DNA of 64,000 bases, counting the filler, from an uncultured bacterium (GTDB lineage Bacteria; Auribacterota; CAZIXI01): assembly GCA_964543115.1 (NCBI GenBank). It is 5 parts of 5 records of this genome, joined end to end, with 100 filler letters (N's around TTAATTAATTAA, not from the genome) between each part and the next. Parts side by side here need not be neighbours in the genome. Positions count along the whole stretch, not along the records: positions 1 to 13,721 come from CAZIXI010000069.1; positions 13,822 to 27,419 come from CAZIXI010000070.1; 3 more parts are not named here. The stretch is one strand, 5' to 3'. The position numbers and the translations under genes were made by a program. Below the pieces are notes generated by a model, which did not search any database, had not been told where the DNA came from, and was given only the letters and a program-made list of their open reading frames with translations. This document shows, piece after piece, positions 11,301 through 19,100 of this stretch. Within the stretch, counting starts at the first letter, position 1; every line of letters starts with the position of its first letter.

Positions 11301-13719
11301 GGCCCGCCTCTTCACCTTGCCCCAGACTGGCAACTAACAGTGATCCATCCTGGCAAACAGTAATCCCACAAGGCGCTACATCCGCCAGCAAGGAAATCTC
11401 GCCTACCGGCAGAAGTTTATAACTAAGATCTTCATTCAATTCCCCACTACGGCTGAAAACAGCAATTGGACCATTTTCCCGCAGCAGATAAATAAATCCC
11501 CACTCATCAACCGCCACATCGGTGATCTCAGCAAATTCCTCACCTAGATCACCGGAATCATATGCCAGGGAAAGTTCATCCCTTTTTTCAGTATCCACAA
11601 TAACAATCCGCCGTTGGCCAGCAACAATGATATAATTATGCTGATAAAAAATCGCGGTTGGCACCATTGGACTACGAAAAGGCGTATTAATCTCCGCTTG
11701 AGCACTCATTTCCCAGCACTTAAGAACACTGCCGGCAGTACCTTGACCGCTAACATACACAAAATAACTATTAGCTTCCTGGTCCACACTGACACTGGTA
11801 CAGGCGATCTCAGAATAGAGCGTCCTTTCTAAAAACATGGTTTCTTTATTGATTACACACACACCATCATCCGTTGCCGCAAAAACATATTCACCCTGCA
11901 CATAACACTGGTGAATAACCGCCGGCATTAATACACTATCAACAATATCTCCTTCCTGATTGAGGATTAAAATCTCTTCTCCCGCCGGCAGATAGATCTT
12001 ACCCGTTTCCGGATCCTCAGCCGGCCGGCCAGCAAGCTGGGCCGTTACCTCTTCCCATTTTTCTTTTCTTTGCTCTCCCTTAACTACCTCCTGCCAATCC
12101 TCCGGCAGCACCGGCCAGTTAACCGGCGCCAAATGGTCACTGCGCCCCGGCTTCGGCTGAGGTGGCGGCAGCGGTTTAACCATTTTTTTCTTCCGTGGCA
12201 GCCTGGCCCTGATTGCTGATACTATTTTCTCTAACTGCCCCATTATTCCCGCGTCTTCTTCCTGTTCCGGCGTAACCGCCATTGAATCAATTACCTTCTT
12301 TAATATCTGATCCAGGTTCTTGGCTGTTTTTATATACTCTTTCTGCTCTTTTTCGCTTTCCGCGTAAGCACCCGTAACCACCTGCCAGCGGTAAAGCCGG
12401 GGTAGTTCGTCAACGAATCCCTGCAACCTCTCTAACATCTCATCCCTTACCTCACTATCCTCAGCCAATTTACTAAGCACCTCTGCCGCCGCCTCAGCCA
12501 GCGGTTTGCCGGCATCTATTCCGGGCAGGCCCATTGTTTCCAGGCCGCTCATATCCGAAATATTACCGAGTTCCTTTAACTGCGCTATGGATAACGGACT
12601 ATTATTAACCACCTTTTCCAGATACTCATAAAACTCAACCAGCGGTTTTTTATTTTGTACCATCTTTAAAACTACAGCAAACATCCTGAGCAGTAAAGAC
12701 AACTCCCCAACAATATCATGTAAGGGCTTACCGGGAAAAACAGCGGCCTGTTTATCAACTTCTTCTTTTAACATAGTTATCATCTTCTCTACATATTCTT
12801 GATTATCAATGTTTACCGCTAATTTCCCTAATAAACCATCTAATTCCCGCTCCCAGGTAGCGGGCAGTTCTCCCCAAAGCGCTTTCAGCTCCAGCCAGTT
12901 GTTACATTGCTTAAAAAAGCTCGGCGGCCAGCCTTCTTTGCCTACCAGTTTTATCCTGATGGATTTCAGAATATTTGTTTCCATAAAATTATATTCATCA
13001 TCCAGATAATTACCGGCTTTTACACCCAGCCCGCGCTGCTCCCGCGCTAATTTCACTATCTGATATATCTCCCGCAATTCATAAACAATTTCCAACTCTT
13101 CAAGAAAATCCAACTCAAGCCACTTGCCTTCTTCACCAATTAATTCCCTCACCCGTTCTGCCAGCTTATTTAACCTGTCTTTTAGTCCCTTGCCCCGGGT
13201 TACTTTCTGGATATAGGCCAGTATCTGGTCGATCTCCGCATTCTCACTGTCCGGCTCACGGTACCACTCCGGTTCATCTACCCTAATGATCATATCCTCG
13301 CCATTCAGATACTCCGCTACTGCATCTTTGCCACCGTCATCCGACCACAACCCGGATTCTTTAAAGGCCTGCTTTAACAGCTCTTCCCAGGCGGCCTTCT
13401 CTTTTGCTGTCCCCTCCTGCACAAAACAGGAATTAAACCACGCCCAGAGTTTTTCCTGCTCATTCATCCCGGGAAAAACACATTTGGAATCCCAACTGTT
13501 GATCATTTTCCGGAACATACGTTTAAAAGTACGGAATCCCGGTATGCGCGGGATTACCCGTTTATTACGCTGCCGGTCCACCGCGCCCCGCAGGTACTGC
13601 ACCACTCCCACTAACCCCTGCCAGCGCCCTTCCGGATATTCGTTTCCTTCACTGTCTTTGGTAACAGGTTTATTATCCGCTGCCTTTGGCAAATGTCCAA
13701 TCACGTTCCAATTCACACT
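2335..13719 (-). CDS. Giant (>3794 aa) multi-beta-propeller protein: helical N-region, about 7-8 NHL/YVTN-like propellers, TPR-like helical region, C-terminal WD40 propeller; 5' truncated at contig end
   Basis: Recurring blade motifs (AVD...KIYI, CxVTxxHLFVATxxG(V/I)xVY, DIxEDxNGFIY) and PVxWP...(D/Q)W linkers near 12120, 10840, 8955 and 7080. WD40 signatures (VAFDISPDDKYLA, VRFSPRGDYLAVG, SLDFSPGGEFLAAG). Frame is open to the gap. Confidence 0.85.
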   Translation of the reverse strand, partial: SVNWNVIGHLPKAADNKPVTKDSEGNEYPEGRWQGLVGVVQYLRGAVDRQRNKRVIPRIPGFRTFKRMFRKMINSWDSKCVFPGMNEQEKLWAWFNSCFVQEGTAKEKAAWEELLKQAFKESGLWSDDGGKDAVAEYLNGEDMIIRVDEPEWYREPDSENAEIDQILAYIQKVTRGKGLKDRLNKLAERVRELIGEEGKWLELDFLEELEIVYELREIYQIVKLAREQRGLGVKAGNYLDDEYNFMETNILKSIRIKLVGKEGWPPSFFKQCNNWLELKALWGELPATWERELDGLLGKLAVNIDNQEYVEKMITMLKEEVDKQAAVFPGKPLHDIVGELSLLLRMFAVVLKMVQNKKPLVEFYEYLEKVVNNSPLSIAQLKELGNISDMSGLETMGLPGIDAGKPLAEAAAEVLSKLAEDSEVRDEMLERLQGFVDELPRLYRWQVVTGAYAESEKEQKEYIKTAKNLDQILKKVIDSMAVTPEQEEDAGIMGQLEKIVSAIRARLPRKKKMVKPLPPPQPKPGRSDHLAPVNWPVLPEDWQEVVKGEQRKEKWEEVTAQLAGRPAEDPETGKIYLPAGEEILILNQEGDIVDSVLMPAVIHQCYVQGEYVFAATDDGVCVINKETMFLERTLYSEIACTSVSVDQEANSYFVYVSGQGTAGSVLKCWEMSAQAEINTPFRSPMVPTAIFYQHNYIIVAGQRRIVIVDTEKRDELSLAYDSGDLGEEFAEITDVAVDEWGFIYLLRENGPIAVFSRSGELNEDLSYKLLPVGEISLLADVAPCGITVCQDGSLLVASLGQGEEAGRLLRIPRSDVRLPVYYTNGDKTKCKVLKDMVWQNYLEDEGIEDTKILQDVKGFVYFCDEKQNKIYILRRSKQNAELSDVFAGVPLEYSDLEKVAGLIPVGELCYDDCQRPRALVVRKNGMLMILDGGGEVIGILPQELAPFMGEREQTADAPVYWPVLREQWENLITNQDVLQEKFGRGAGGIAVDGKERKIYIPTGGESIEGRNNVVVVNEYGMLLDTVDVGEETYDCCVTENHLFVATRQGVYAYHKDTLERDVNIPVIGEGSMCVGVAVRGGPEDYEVFVTSWRGSGGLVNNVCRKYHNSNNYSAAVIGSNDLKGVPRALRFTNDGKYLLITYEKKFALVDPDKLKGDVYASCDDVGKDDFLDITEDENGFIYAVREYAGVQIFVRSELKNPNDSRRLILVGELDIPPDPMMSRDRIRPEGIEIMPDGSLYVVSKGGDGLSSVWRVRRSELPLPEYRGEGRKVAPEKFREISQMSGFGVDPVNGDIFVAMGIEGKVAILDKNWNFKGEKKFIEFPATEVHDCWLTSKHLFVATKAGVYVYKKPLTEEDDYVLDESFGEDGIIEKDEICAGVAVNEISRGAYYDYEIFVSNYNGWVKNYSWDSELEIFTDPEGVSLKDPRRMCFFQDGEKVKLAVTYESNVAVIDPEQMKVEADSGFIRDLSGACGVAVDKRGYLYVTGANSDQTLVFAVSREADNRLELVGKISHPGELKPIGIRVKREGELAIIYSGREATDDDPAVPPSVVEIPPAIDIASMSADSETEDDDISIPSQNKADLEPVFWPVAAKDWQKRVSDNRDYSGNIDRVAVDDETDKIYISEYSKVRIVTLGGENEIQEEEGIDLGITARNCFVSAEYLFVATDKGIHVYDKKTRRLAITFAGSDNGIIAEGTQCQDVAAIKKNGRWEIFVASSNDEKIIKYKYDDAEEKYVLGEECFELSPLFGAMNVTHDNKLVVTVYHTIYLLDPETLEQVALPFESKYPEHNRLGSIVEDSNGFLYIACQEGHKIIILQRIVQADGKEQIVKYGEIPHPDDHWVNCLIIRDGKLVVFNHFVGGSGKPSDHYITISEIGPSSNQPPVYGQNWRPLSAQENDLGGEVGYPAVDEEKGRIYIPTGERGTVAVTDSVGKVLAKEEMHLGLKTNGCAVTAEYVFVATEKYVRVFMHDGTLAEDFASGSTIAGGSNCLDVAVRSTENDLEVFVTVRKGKHTNQLLVFDNTNGYAQPVRFKTLPAVGLCFTKDNKLAATTLHGGVYIFDPDTLELISKCGVGGGFYENAVFDIAEDDRGYLYVGGFVNNKIDVYRRDEVDGEEKLLKVRQLVHPQGGRLAGLLEFQGKMLVTSRNTKRPLSLILPGEKKKAGVQPVARPVVSGVDINAFVDELLAEGQAVPQALPELLPAETAVDRTRPTVWPARPKDWQPVIVDEKEKKKIPRDSNGLSCVSRDGVFYVSSPSRRLFIIESGQARELPALKGQGPCLVTQKHVFLSNGNHVSEYRKTKEGFVDGKNIMRIPPDVVQLAARETEHGYEVFCAGMIGDTRILLKYSSENRAEESVELVDNRIKIYDQNRGKCTHESLPLPKEAGKLEWLVEDKNGFIYLFLRDGPVRIFVRSESEASSKTKLLLEVGQIPLPDNFSPRSAVFDKEGTLVVSGRKGDSTFDLHKLPKSRLPKPQFCDVMPEDCREVPVRLHKLQGKFGAPAVDAQTGDIYVVDACGTIVRIFDSNWNEKSLINLGVNVESCSVTEEFIFIATGMGIHVYNKDAAAIAQGERPALASRLKDGAGIILGSNYFYGVAARKIGKEYEIYACSQSEKRVYKIVLNPPTGDWQTSATIPAEGVRNVFLVRMAGEVKLAVTTNKQVLIYDPESMQLEYAMEPVDAFSANGVITDPAGYLYSVSGNPKHGCFLLLPTEEEIELELPDPVDTWKLMTKKVKKLEIIGGFKLPGQQCCLGIAKKNDGQLVIVSQDAPNGATHLYEVAANKGPRYLQLRSLPPYAHVYKFHEQGLVTDKKRIKLSPEAIESLSNRLAILAFTFRHDEHKDKLFGFGRSRLYGAVYWSYSALQQKDEEGLLQEAWHNAQEETANHYLRSLAHTHVLDLLVQAGKFDDCSRILGVDWQQIAKEGWDTNGLVVAAQASQAISYLISVLSQAGVLIVELNNPALKNHTNENLIDLAYRFAKEDALALCYYISVIAEVEFEGKDERIGEAAQKACDLSFQIDNHEKKNECFAALITALDKVGWTRAEIINLRPAGLDGIRMGLASLAESSCSQLSGQQAARSKAQLALALFRTDWTVEEIDSQYFNLVNVLADDMQLNAALDETRMDYDYVLTYIYLFYVLAGMGLVTDANDIIEKAINWIESDKGTDSVPKEALQSRLYSFLATCLAQAGLVEEVAKRDLLYQASQLADKVENENHQRFANEMLVAALADIIRCWDGEMPASAPVIMKKKPEGISAWVAELIQQIGAGEEVKLNDQLIRKMLVEIVSWSVNPAKLVKPIKPIKGYVNSIFSGVDSGQLPQAELGAAKGEYNKLPLPPESHIKKNDTVQDGRRLQLATPDGKYSVVVENGNEMTWWSLKNDDEGEEGEKKLDVWSFNHDFVGTVSSLRFTSDGRFLAMGVETEVRLYEVKKKNAAGDYQPKTKTELEQTFKAAPFVRFECISDGFRSDGSDAGTASPKRVVAFDISPDDKYLAIVVHDCLQYVALTDEESGAYLEGVILISRNRFFAGEEMRVVRFSPRGDYLAVGTNKALCLYPLIGIAEMLKNRFVDAGSVGDTEIASLDFSPGGEFLAAGGKKNIRFYRLAYDIGWFKQMPHLGDVVNIRPSFVSADLDGPVTGLSFSTNGTALTAAAGKSFYVWHKSQGEVGGEGEVKEELVTVPATEEDLLRRLVSIVVAEEGVLQENIVERIMRKLQKGQVVKNVVVASPELLAAVRWLMVCHQPGHVEEALEVLEKQSAEIKAQPWFQILVSKILECQTNPDIKQRLTQLLGEEENAEVETSI

Positions 13720-13721
13720 CT

Positions 13722-13821
13722 NNNNNNNNNNNNNNNNNNNNNNNNNNNNNNNNNNNNNNNNNNNNTTAATTAATTAANNNNNNNNNNNNNNNNNNNNNNN
13801 NNNNNNNNNNNNNNNNNNNNN
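13722..13821. other. Artificial contig-joining linker
   Basis: N-run + TTAATTAATTAA + N-run; the same structure occurs four times in the window. Confidence 0.97.
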
Positions 13822-14397
13822 TCAACAGCTTACGGCTGTATCGCCGCTCATGCGGCCCGTTTACCAGGCTTAGGGATACTGCAGTTCGACGCCCACGCCG
13901 ATCTGAGAGAAGCGTATCAGGGCTTTCGTTTCTCCCACGCGTCGACCTTCCATAACGTGTTGCGCGACCTTCCGGAGGTTGCCCGACTCGTGCAAGTAGG
14001 CGTTCGCGATCTGTGTGAGGAAGAATATGCCCTTATCCAATCATCCCCGCGGCTGGAGACTTACTTTGATTCAGAGTTAGCCCGGCGGCAATTCGATGGC
14101 GAACCGTTCAATCGCATCGCCCAACAAATAGCCGCGTCGCTGCCGCCTGAGGTTTACGTGAGCTTCGACATCGATGGCCTAAACCCAGCCTTGTGTCCTC
14201 ATACTGGAACACCCGTGCCCGGAGGATTGAGTTTTCAACAGGCGGTAGCCATTCTGAACGCGGTATGCGTTAGCGGCCGACGGATCGTGGGCTTCGATCT
14301 ATGCGAGGTAGCTCCCGGAGCTAACGAGGACGAAGGAGACGAATGGGACGCCAATGTAGCGGCTCGCCTGCTGTACAAGCTCATCGGCTATGCCCTC
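13822..14397 (+). CDS. speB: Agmatinase/ureohydrolase (arginase family), C-terminal two thirds; 5' truncated
   Basis: The frame extends upstream of the ORF call to the contig start. Motifs: LQFDAHADLR (DAHxD), SFDIDGL..ALCPHTGTPVPGGL (DxD) and GFDLCEVAP. Confidence 0.8.
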
Positions 14398-14814
14398 GGA
14401 CCCAAGAAACTTATCGCGGCAATGACAAAAATCCACCAGTATACCATGCTCTGCGCGCCCATCACCGGCCAAATGGCGGCAGTGGAAGCTATCAGAAATG
14501 GGGCAAGCGCTGTAGCGGAAATGAAAAAAGAATACAACCGCCGCCGCCAATTTATCGTCCGCAGTCTGAACCAGATGGGACTACCCTGCCCCATGCCGGA
14601 GGGAGCATTTTATGTTTTCCCGGATATTTCCCCTAGCGGGCTAAATTGTATGGAATTTGCCAACCGGCTGCTGAAAACACAGAAAGTGGCCGTTGTCCCC
14701 GGCAATGCCTTTGACCAAAAAGCGGAGTATTCTATGCGCATGGCCTACGCAACCAATATGGACAATCTCCGCGAGGCAATGCGCCGGATAGCGGTTTTCC
14801 TTAAAAAGATTTAA
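14383..14814 (+). pseudogene. C-terminal third of a class I/II (AspC/YugH-like) aminotransferase, joined in frame to the agmatinase fragment
   Basis: IGYALGPKKLIAAMTKIHQYTMLCAP, PEGAFYVFP, VAVVPGNAF, RMAYA. The PLP-lysine region and the N-terminal part are absent. Confidence 0.75.
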
Positions 14815-15501
14815 ATGAAGTCTCACCGGTCAACCCTGCAAACCATCTACAGGCAATTATCCCGGACCTTCGGCCCCCAAGATTGGTGGCCGGGAGACAG
14901 TGCTTTTGAAATCATTATCGGCGCCATCCTCACCCAGAATACCAACTGGCAGAATGTTGAGAAGGCTATTTCTAATCTAAAACGCGAACGCTGCTTAACG
15001 CCCAGGGGCCTGAAAAAGATCCCCTTAAAGAAGCTGGCCCGCCTCATCCGGCCCGCCGGTTACTATAATCTGAAAAGTAAACGGTTAAAGAATTTCATTA
15101 AGTTCCTGTTCAGTGAATATCAGGGCCGGTTAGACCTATTGTTTCGTCAGCCGCTCTCTGAATTACGTCACCAACTGTTGCAGGTAAACGGCATCGGCCC
15201 GGAAACAGCGGATTCCATTTTACTTTATGCCGGCGGTAAACCAATTTTTGTTGTGGATGCCTATACCCGCCGCCTGCTCAGCCGCCACCAGCTGCTCGGC
15301 GCTCAGGCCAGCTACAACGAAATACAGGAACTCTTTATGCACAATCTCCCCAAGAAAACAAAACTATTCAATGAATACCATGCTTTAATAGTAAAACTGG
15401 GAAAAGAATATTGTCGAAAGAAACCTTTATGCAACAGCTGCCCCTTAAACACTGTTGGTTTTAAACCAAAGGAGGTAAAGTATGGAACTAACAACTGTTA
15501 A
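14815..15501 (+). CDS. Endonuclease III-related HhH-GPD DNA glycosylase with 4Fe-4S cluster motif
   Basis: [14 protein letters not shown], Hh[16 protein letters not shown]-terminal [12 protein letters not shown]. Confidence 0.9.
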   Translation: MKSHRSTLQTIYRQLSRTFGPQDWWPGDSAFEIIIGAILTQNTNWQNVEKAISNLKRERCLTPRGLKKIPLKKLARLIRPAGYYNLKSKRLKNFIKFLFSEYQGRLDLLFRQPLSELRHQLLQVNGIGPETADSILLYAGGKPIFVVDAYTRRLLSRHQLLGAQASYNEIQELFMHNLPKKTKLFNEYHALIVKLGKEYCRKKPLCNSCPLNTVGFKPKEVKYGTNNC

Positions 15502-15964
15502 AATCAACAAGCCGGAGGATGTAAACCTGATCTTCGGCCAGAGCCACTTTATAAAAACCGTGGAAGACCTTTACGAAACATTGATCGGGGCCATGCCCCA
15601 GATCAAGTTCGGCCTGGCCTTCTGCGAATCCAGCGGCGCCTGCCTGGTGCGCAGTGAGGGCAATGACCAGGAACTGAAGAAACTGGCGGAAGAAAACGCC
15701 CTCAGTATCGGTGCCGGACATTGCTTTATTATTTTTCTCCGCCAGGCCTACCCGATTAATGTCCTCAGGCAAATTAAACAAGTGCCGGAGGTCTGCCGCA
15801 TCTTTTGCGCCACTGCTAATCCAGTAGAGATAATTATTGCGGAAACCGACCAGGGCCGCGGCTGTCTGGGTGTTATTGACGGGGCCAAACCCAAAGGCAT
15901 CGAAAAAGAGGCAGACATCAACTGGCGCAAGGACTTACTACGCAAAATCGGCTACAAGATATAA
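15482..15964 (+). CDS. Adenosine-specific kinase family protein (DUF355 / adenosine-binding)
   Basis: [42 protein letters not shown]. Confidence 0.85.
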   Translation: MELTTVKINKPEDVNLIFGQSHFIKTVEDLYETLIGAMPQIKFGLAFCESSGACLVRSEGNDQELKKLAEENALSIGAGHCFIIFLRQAYPINVLRQIKQVPEVCRIFCATANPVEIIIAETDQGRGCLGVIDGAKPKGIEKEADINWRKDLLRKIGYKI

Positions 15965-15992
15965 GCATAATATGCATTATTTGTCAATCCCA

Positions 15993-16021
15993 TTGACGAG
16001 ATATAGTCTGTATGTTATATA
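15993..16021 (+). promoter_or_regulatory. Putative sigma70 promoter for the giant helicase gene
   Basis: TTGACG - 17 nt - TATATA, with an extended -10 TG. Confidence 0.45.
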
Positions 16022-16076
16022 TAAAATGTAGAAGAACTATAATATAAATTCAAATATATATAGAAATGGCCTTAAC

Positions 16077-16117
16077 GGGCTATCACCTTCTGGGGGGAGG
16101 GAGATAGCCCTTTTTTT
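16077..16117 (+). terminator. Intrinsic terminator-like hairpin with T7 tract, 7 nt before the start of the giant helicase gene
   Basis: GGGCTATC...GATAGCCC stem with inner CCTTC/GGAGG pairing, followed by TTTTTTT. Confidence 0.65.
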
Positions 16118-16124
16118 GTCTACA

Positions 16125-19100
16125 ATGAAAAAAACAACCTGCATCTGCCTTATAATTATTTTGCTGAGCAGCTCTTTTGAAGCGCCCGCTGAACCATCAT
16201 CTCATACTTTGGCGCCGGCCAGTCAGGTCTTCGGCCTCTGGCTGGAACAGGCATTTCCCCCCAGCCAGCGGCAGAAATTTGAGCAAAAGGTAGATAGGAT
16301 GCTGACCATTCATGCCGGAGACGGCTGGCGGCAGATGAAAGAACTCAATGACAATTTCCCTCAACTTGCCGCAACTGATCTTGGAGATATCAAACTTCAG
16401 CTTAATGACAACAACGGAGTCGCTATGGTGGCAGCAGTAGTAGAATTCCGCAAACAGGGAATTGAGAACGAACAAGCAAGTGGAGCAGCCCTTATCCTAG
16501 CCGATACCCCGCCGTTTCCAAAACGGGAACATGCTGACTATTGGAATCTCTGGGAACGCTCTGCCGATCTGCGTAAATTTGAAAGAATAAAGCTAGCGCG
16601 CGCACTTCAGGCATTAGATATTGAATACGAGACAAACACAAATGGCGATATCTTTTATCTTTCTGTTGACGGACTAGCTAAGTGGAATAAACTCCACAAG
16701 CGGCTTACAAACATCTACCGCCAGTTTACCCACCAAGATCCAGCCAGTTCAGGCTTACTTGATCGAATTACCCAACTAGAAAAAGATGATGATTCGTTAA
16801 CCATATTGGCCGTTCTCCAGGATTTCTATCGCCAATCATTAATCAGCGACAGAATACCGCTAGTTGCCATAAAAAAAGGAACAATACAAGAGGATGGTGA
16901 TCTGTATCAGTACTCCTATATAGAGGAAAACTATGCTACTATCAATATGTTTTTCCTACAGTCCTGCAATAAAAAAGAAAGGGGAAACGATATTTTTACT
17001 AATTTTCTTAAAATACCACGTCCCCTGCTGATCCTTCAGCTAACAAACTTAAGCGACTGGCGCAAGTCCCAGAGCCATACCCTAAGCACAGAAAGCCGCC
17101 GTCTGCTATTGCGTCGGCCTTCTACTGTCACTACTTATTTGCTAGAACACTACCTTTACCAGATTATCTATAACGAGCAGGCCCCTTTTGACCGACCGGG
17201 CAGAATCAACTTTCCGGCAGGATTTAAAAATCTCATTACTGCCATGCTTCGGGATGAATTAACCACTCTAGCAAAAGCAACTTTCGACACAAAAGATGAT
17301 GATACCCAGCTTAGCAATGACCCTCTGCCCGAAACCTTTGCCTTATTAGACGCCTACTGCCTGCAATTTGCTGCATATGCCATTGCCGCCATGAATCTGG
17401 CCATAACAAAAAATGTCTCCCAGGCCAATGAGGTTGCCCTTAGCTTATTAAAAGAAAACGAGCAGTTAGAAATATTATTGAATTTAATAAACAGAGAATT
17501 AACCAGTAAAAACCTGCAAGCAGAGATCAAAAGAACACAAAAGACACTAGCGGCATTCACTCATGAAAAAAATACATATAGGAAAATGTCATCTTTACTG
17601 CAAGATTTAGCAGAAAGGGAAAATCCGCGTTTAACAATCACCGTAGAAGAAAGGCAATCTCTTCCACTACTTACCCAGCTATCTAAACAAATAAGCATAA
17701 TCTACCAAAGGGGCATGGATGATTTATTTACTGATCTATCTGCAATCCAGGACCGGGCCAGTAATGATAAACAAAGGGAACAATGCCAGCAATTCATTAC
17801 TCTGGCTAAAAAACTGCGATCGAGGATAAGTGCTGACTATTTGGCCGGTGCTCAGAACCTACTGGTCAGCCTTAAAAACCAGCCAGTAGTATTAGATGAT
17901 TTTACGGATACCGGCTGCCTATTTCTAGCAGGAATTGCTAAGTTTATTGCTCAACACTTATCACCAGCTGAGCAACAAACAATGGATGAATTATTACAAG
18001 AAGTACAAAAACTAGCGAAGACAGACTCCGAAAAGAAAACAATAATCACCCTGGGAGAATTGTTTAAATTAGACGCGGAAGAACTGCAAACTGCCGCCAA
18101 ATCCCTCCAGGCAATCAGTAAACGCAGTAGAGAAAAAACCTCACTTATCAGTCTGCAAAGAATGCTGTTAAAGCACTTTGCGGGATTGTTCCGCTTAGTG
18201 GGAGAAAGAGAACATCCGTCGATCCGGCAAGGATTGGAAACATTAGATTCTTACGAACAAGAGGGACATATGGAAATGCTCACATCAACATATATTATCA
18301 GTATCCTGGAAGAGATAACTCGCTTGCTGAGAAAACATTCTCCAGTAAACCAAGCAGCTAGCGATACCGCTTTAAATGATTTCACCACTAACCTGACGTC
18401 ATTACTCAACAAATTGATAAAAAGAACTGATCTAAAACAACAATTCGATAAACTGGAAGCTGAGGTCTGGTCGCTAAAAACAGTTCTCACAACTTATTAT
18501 ACCTCACTAATCAAGAATTCCAACGAAATTCTTAATTTACTAGTTAAAAAAATTGACGGCTATCCCTATCTACCGCCAGCTAATTGTCTAACAATGCTTA
18601 AAACTGGTAAGGCCCTATCAACCACTAATCTTAATCAGCAAGAAGTGGATGCTTTTATTTCAGGCTATCAGAAACAATTACGCAGGGCTTTTACCATTCT
18701 GCGAGAAGGACGCGAAGAGCACGACATACCTCCTTTCGGCCTGGTTTTTAACGGTGACCCATTTATATTACAGGCATTCCTGCTCTTTTTTGATTCCATT
18801 CCGCCAGAAGAGAAAATATCCCTGCTCAATTATCTGCTTTCCTTATATAACCAACAAACTAACTGGAGCCGGTTACATAAACCTTACACCGCTTTATTAA
18901 TCAGCTATTATTACATGTACAAAAAACACCGCGGAGAAGAAACGTGTCCAGACTTGGGCAGCGATCCGGTCAGGGAACAAGACACTGAAGCCTTGGCCCA
19001 AACCTGGCTGCGGCGCTGTTTTCAATCTCTCCCGGAAGCAATTGATGCCCGCAGCGCGTTAGCCGAAAAAGACGGGACCATAGCAGGCTATCTTCCATCC

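Noticed and set aside
13957..14814. Novel bifunctional agmatinase-aminotransferase enzyme
   Set aside because: The aminotransferase part lacks the PLP lysine and most of its fold, and the join falls at a microhomology near a contig end. Treated as a probable chimera.
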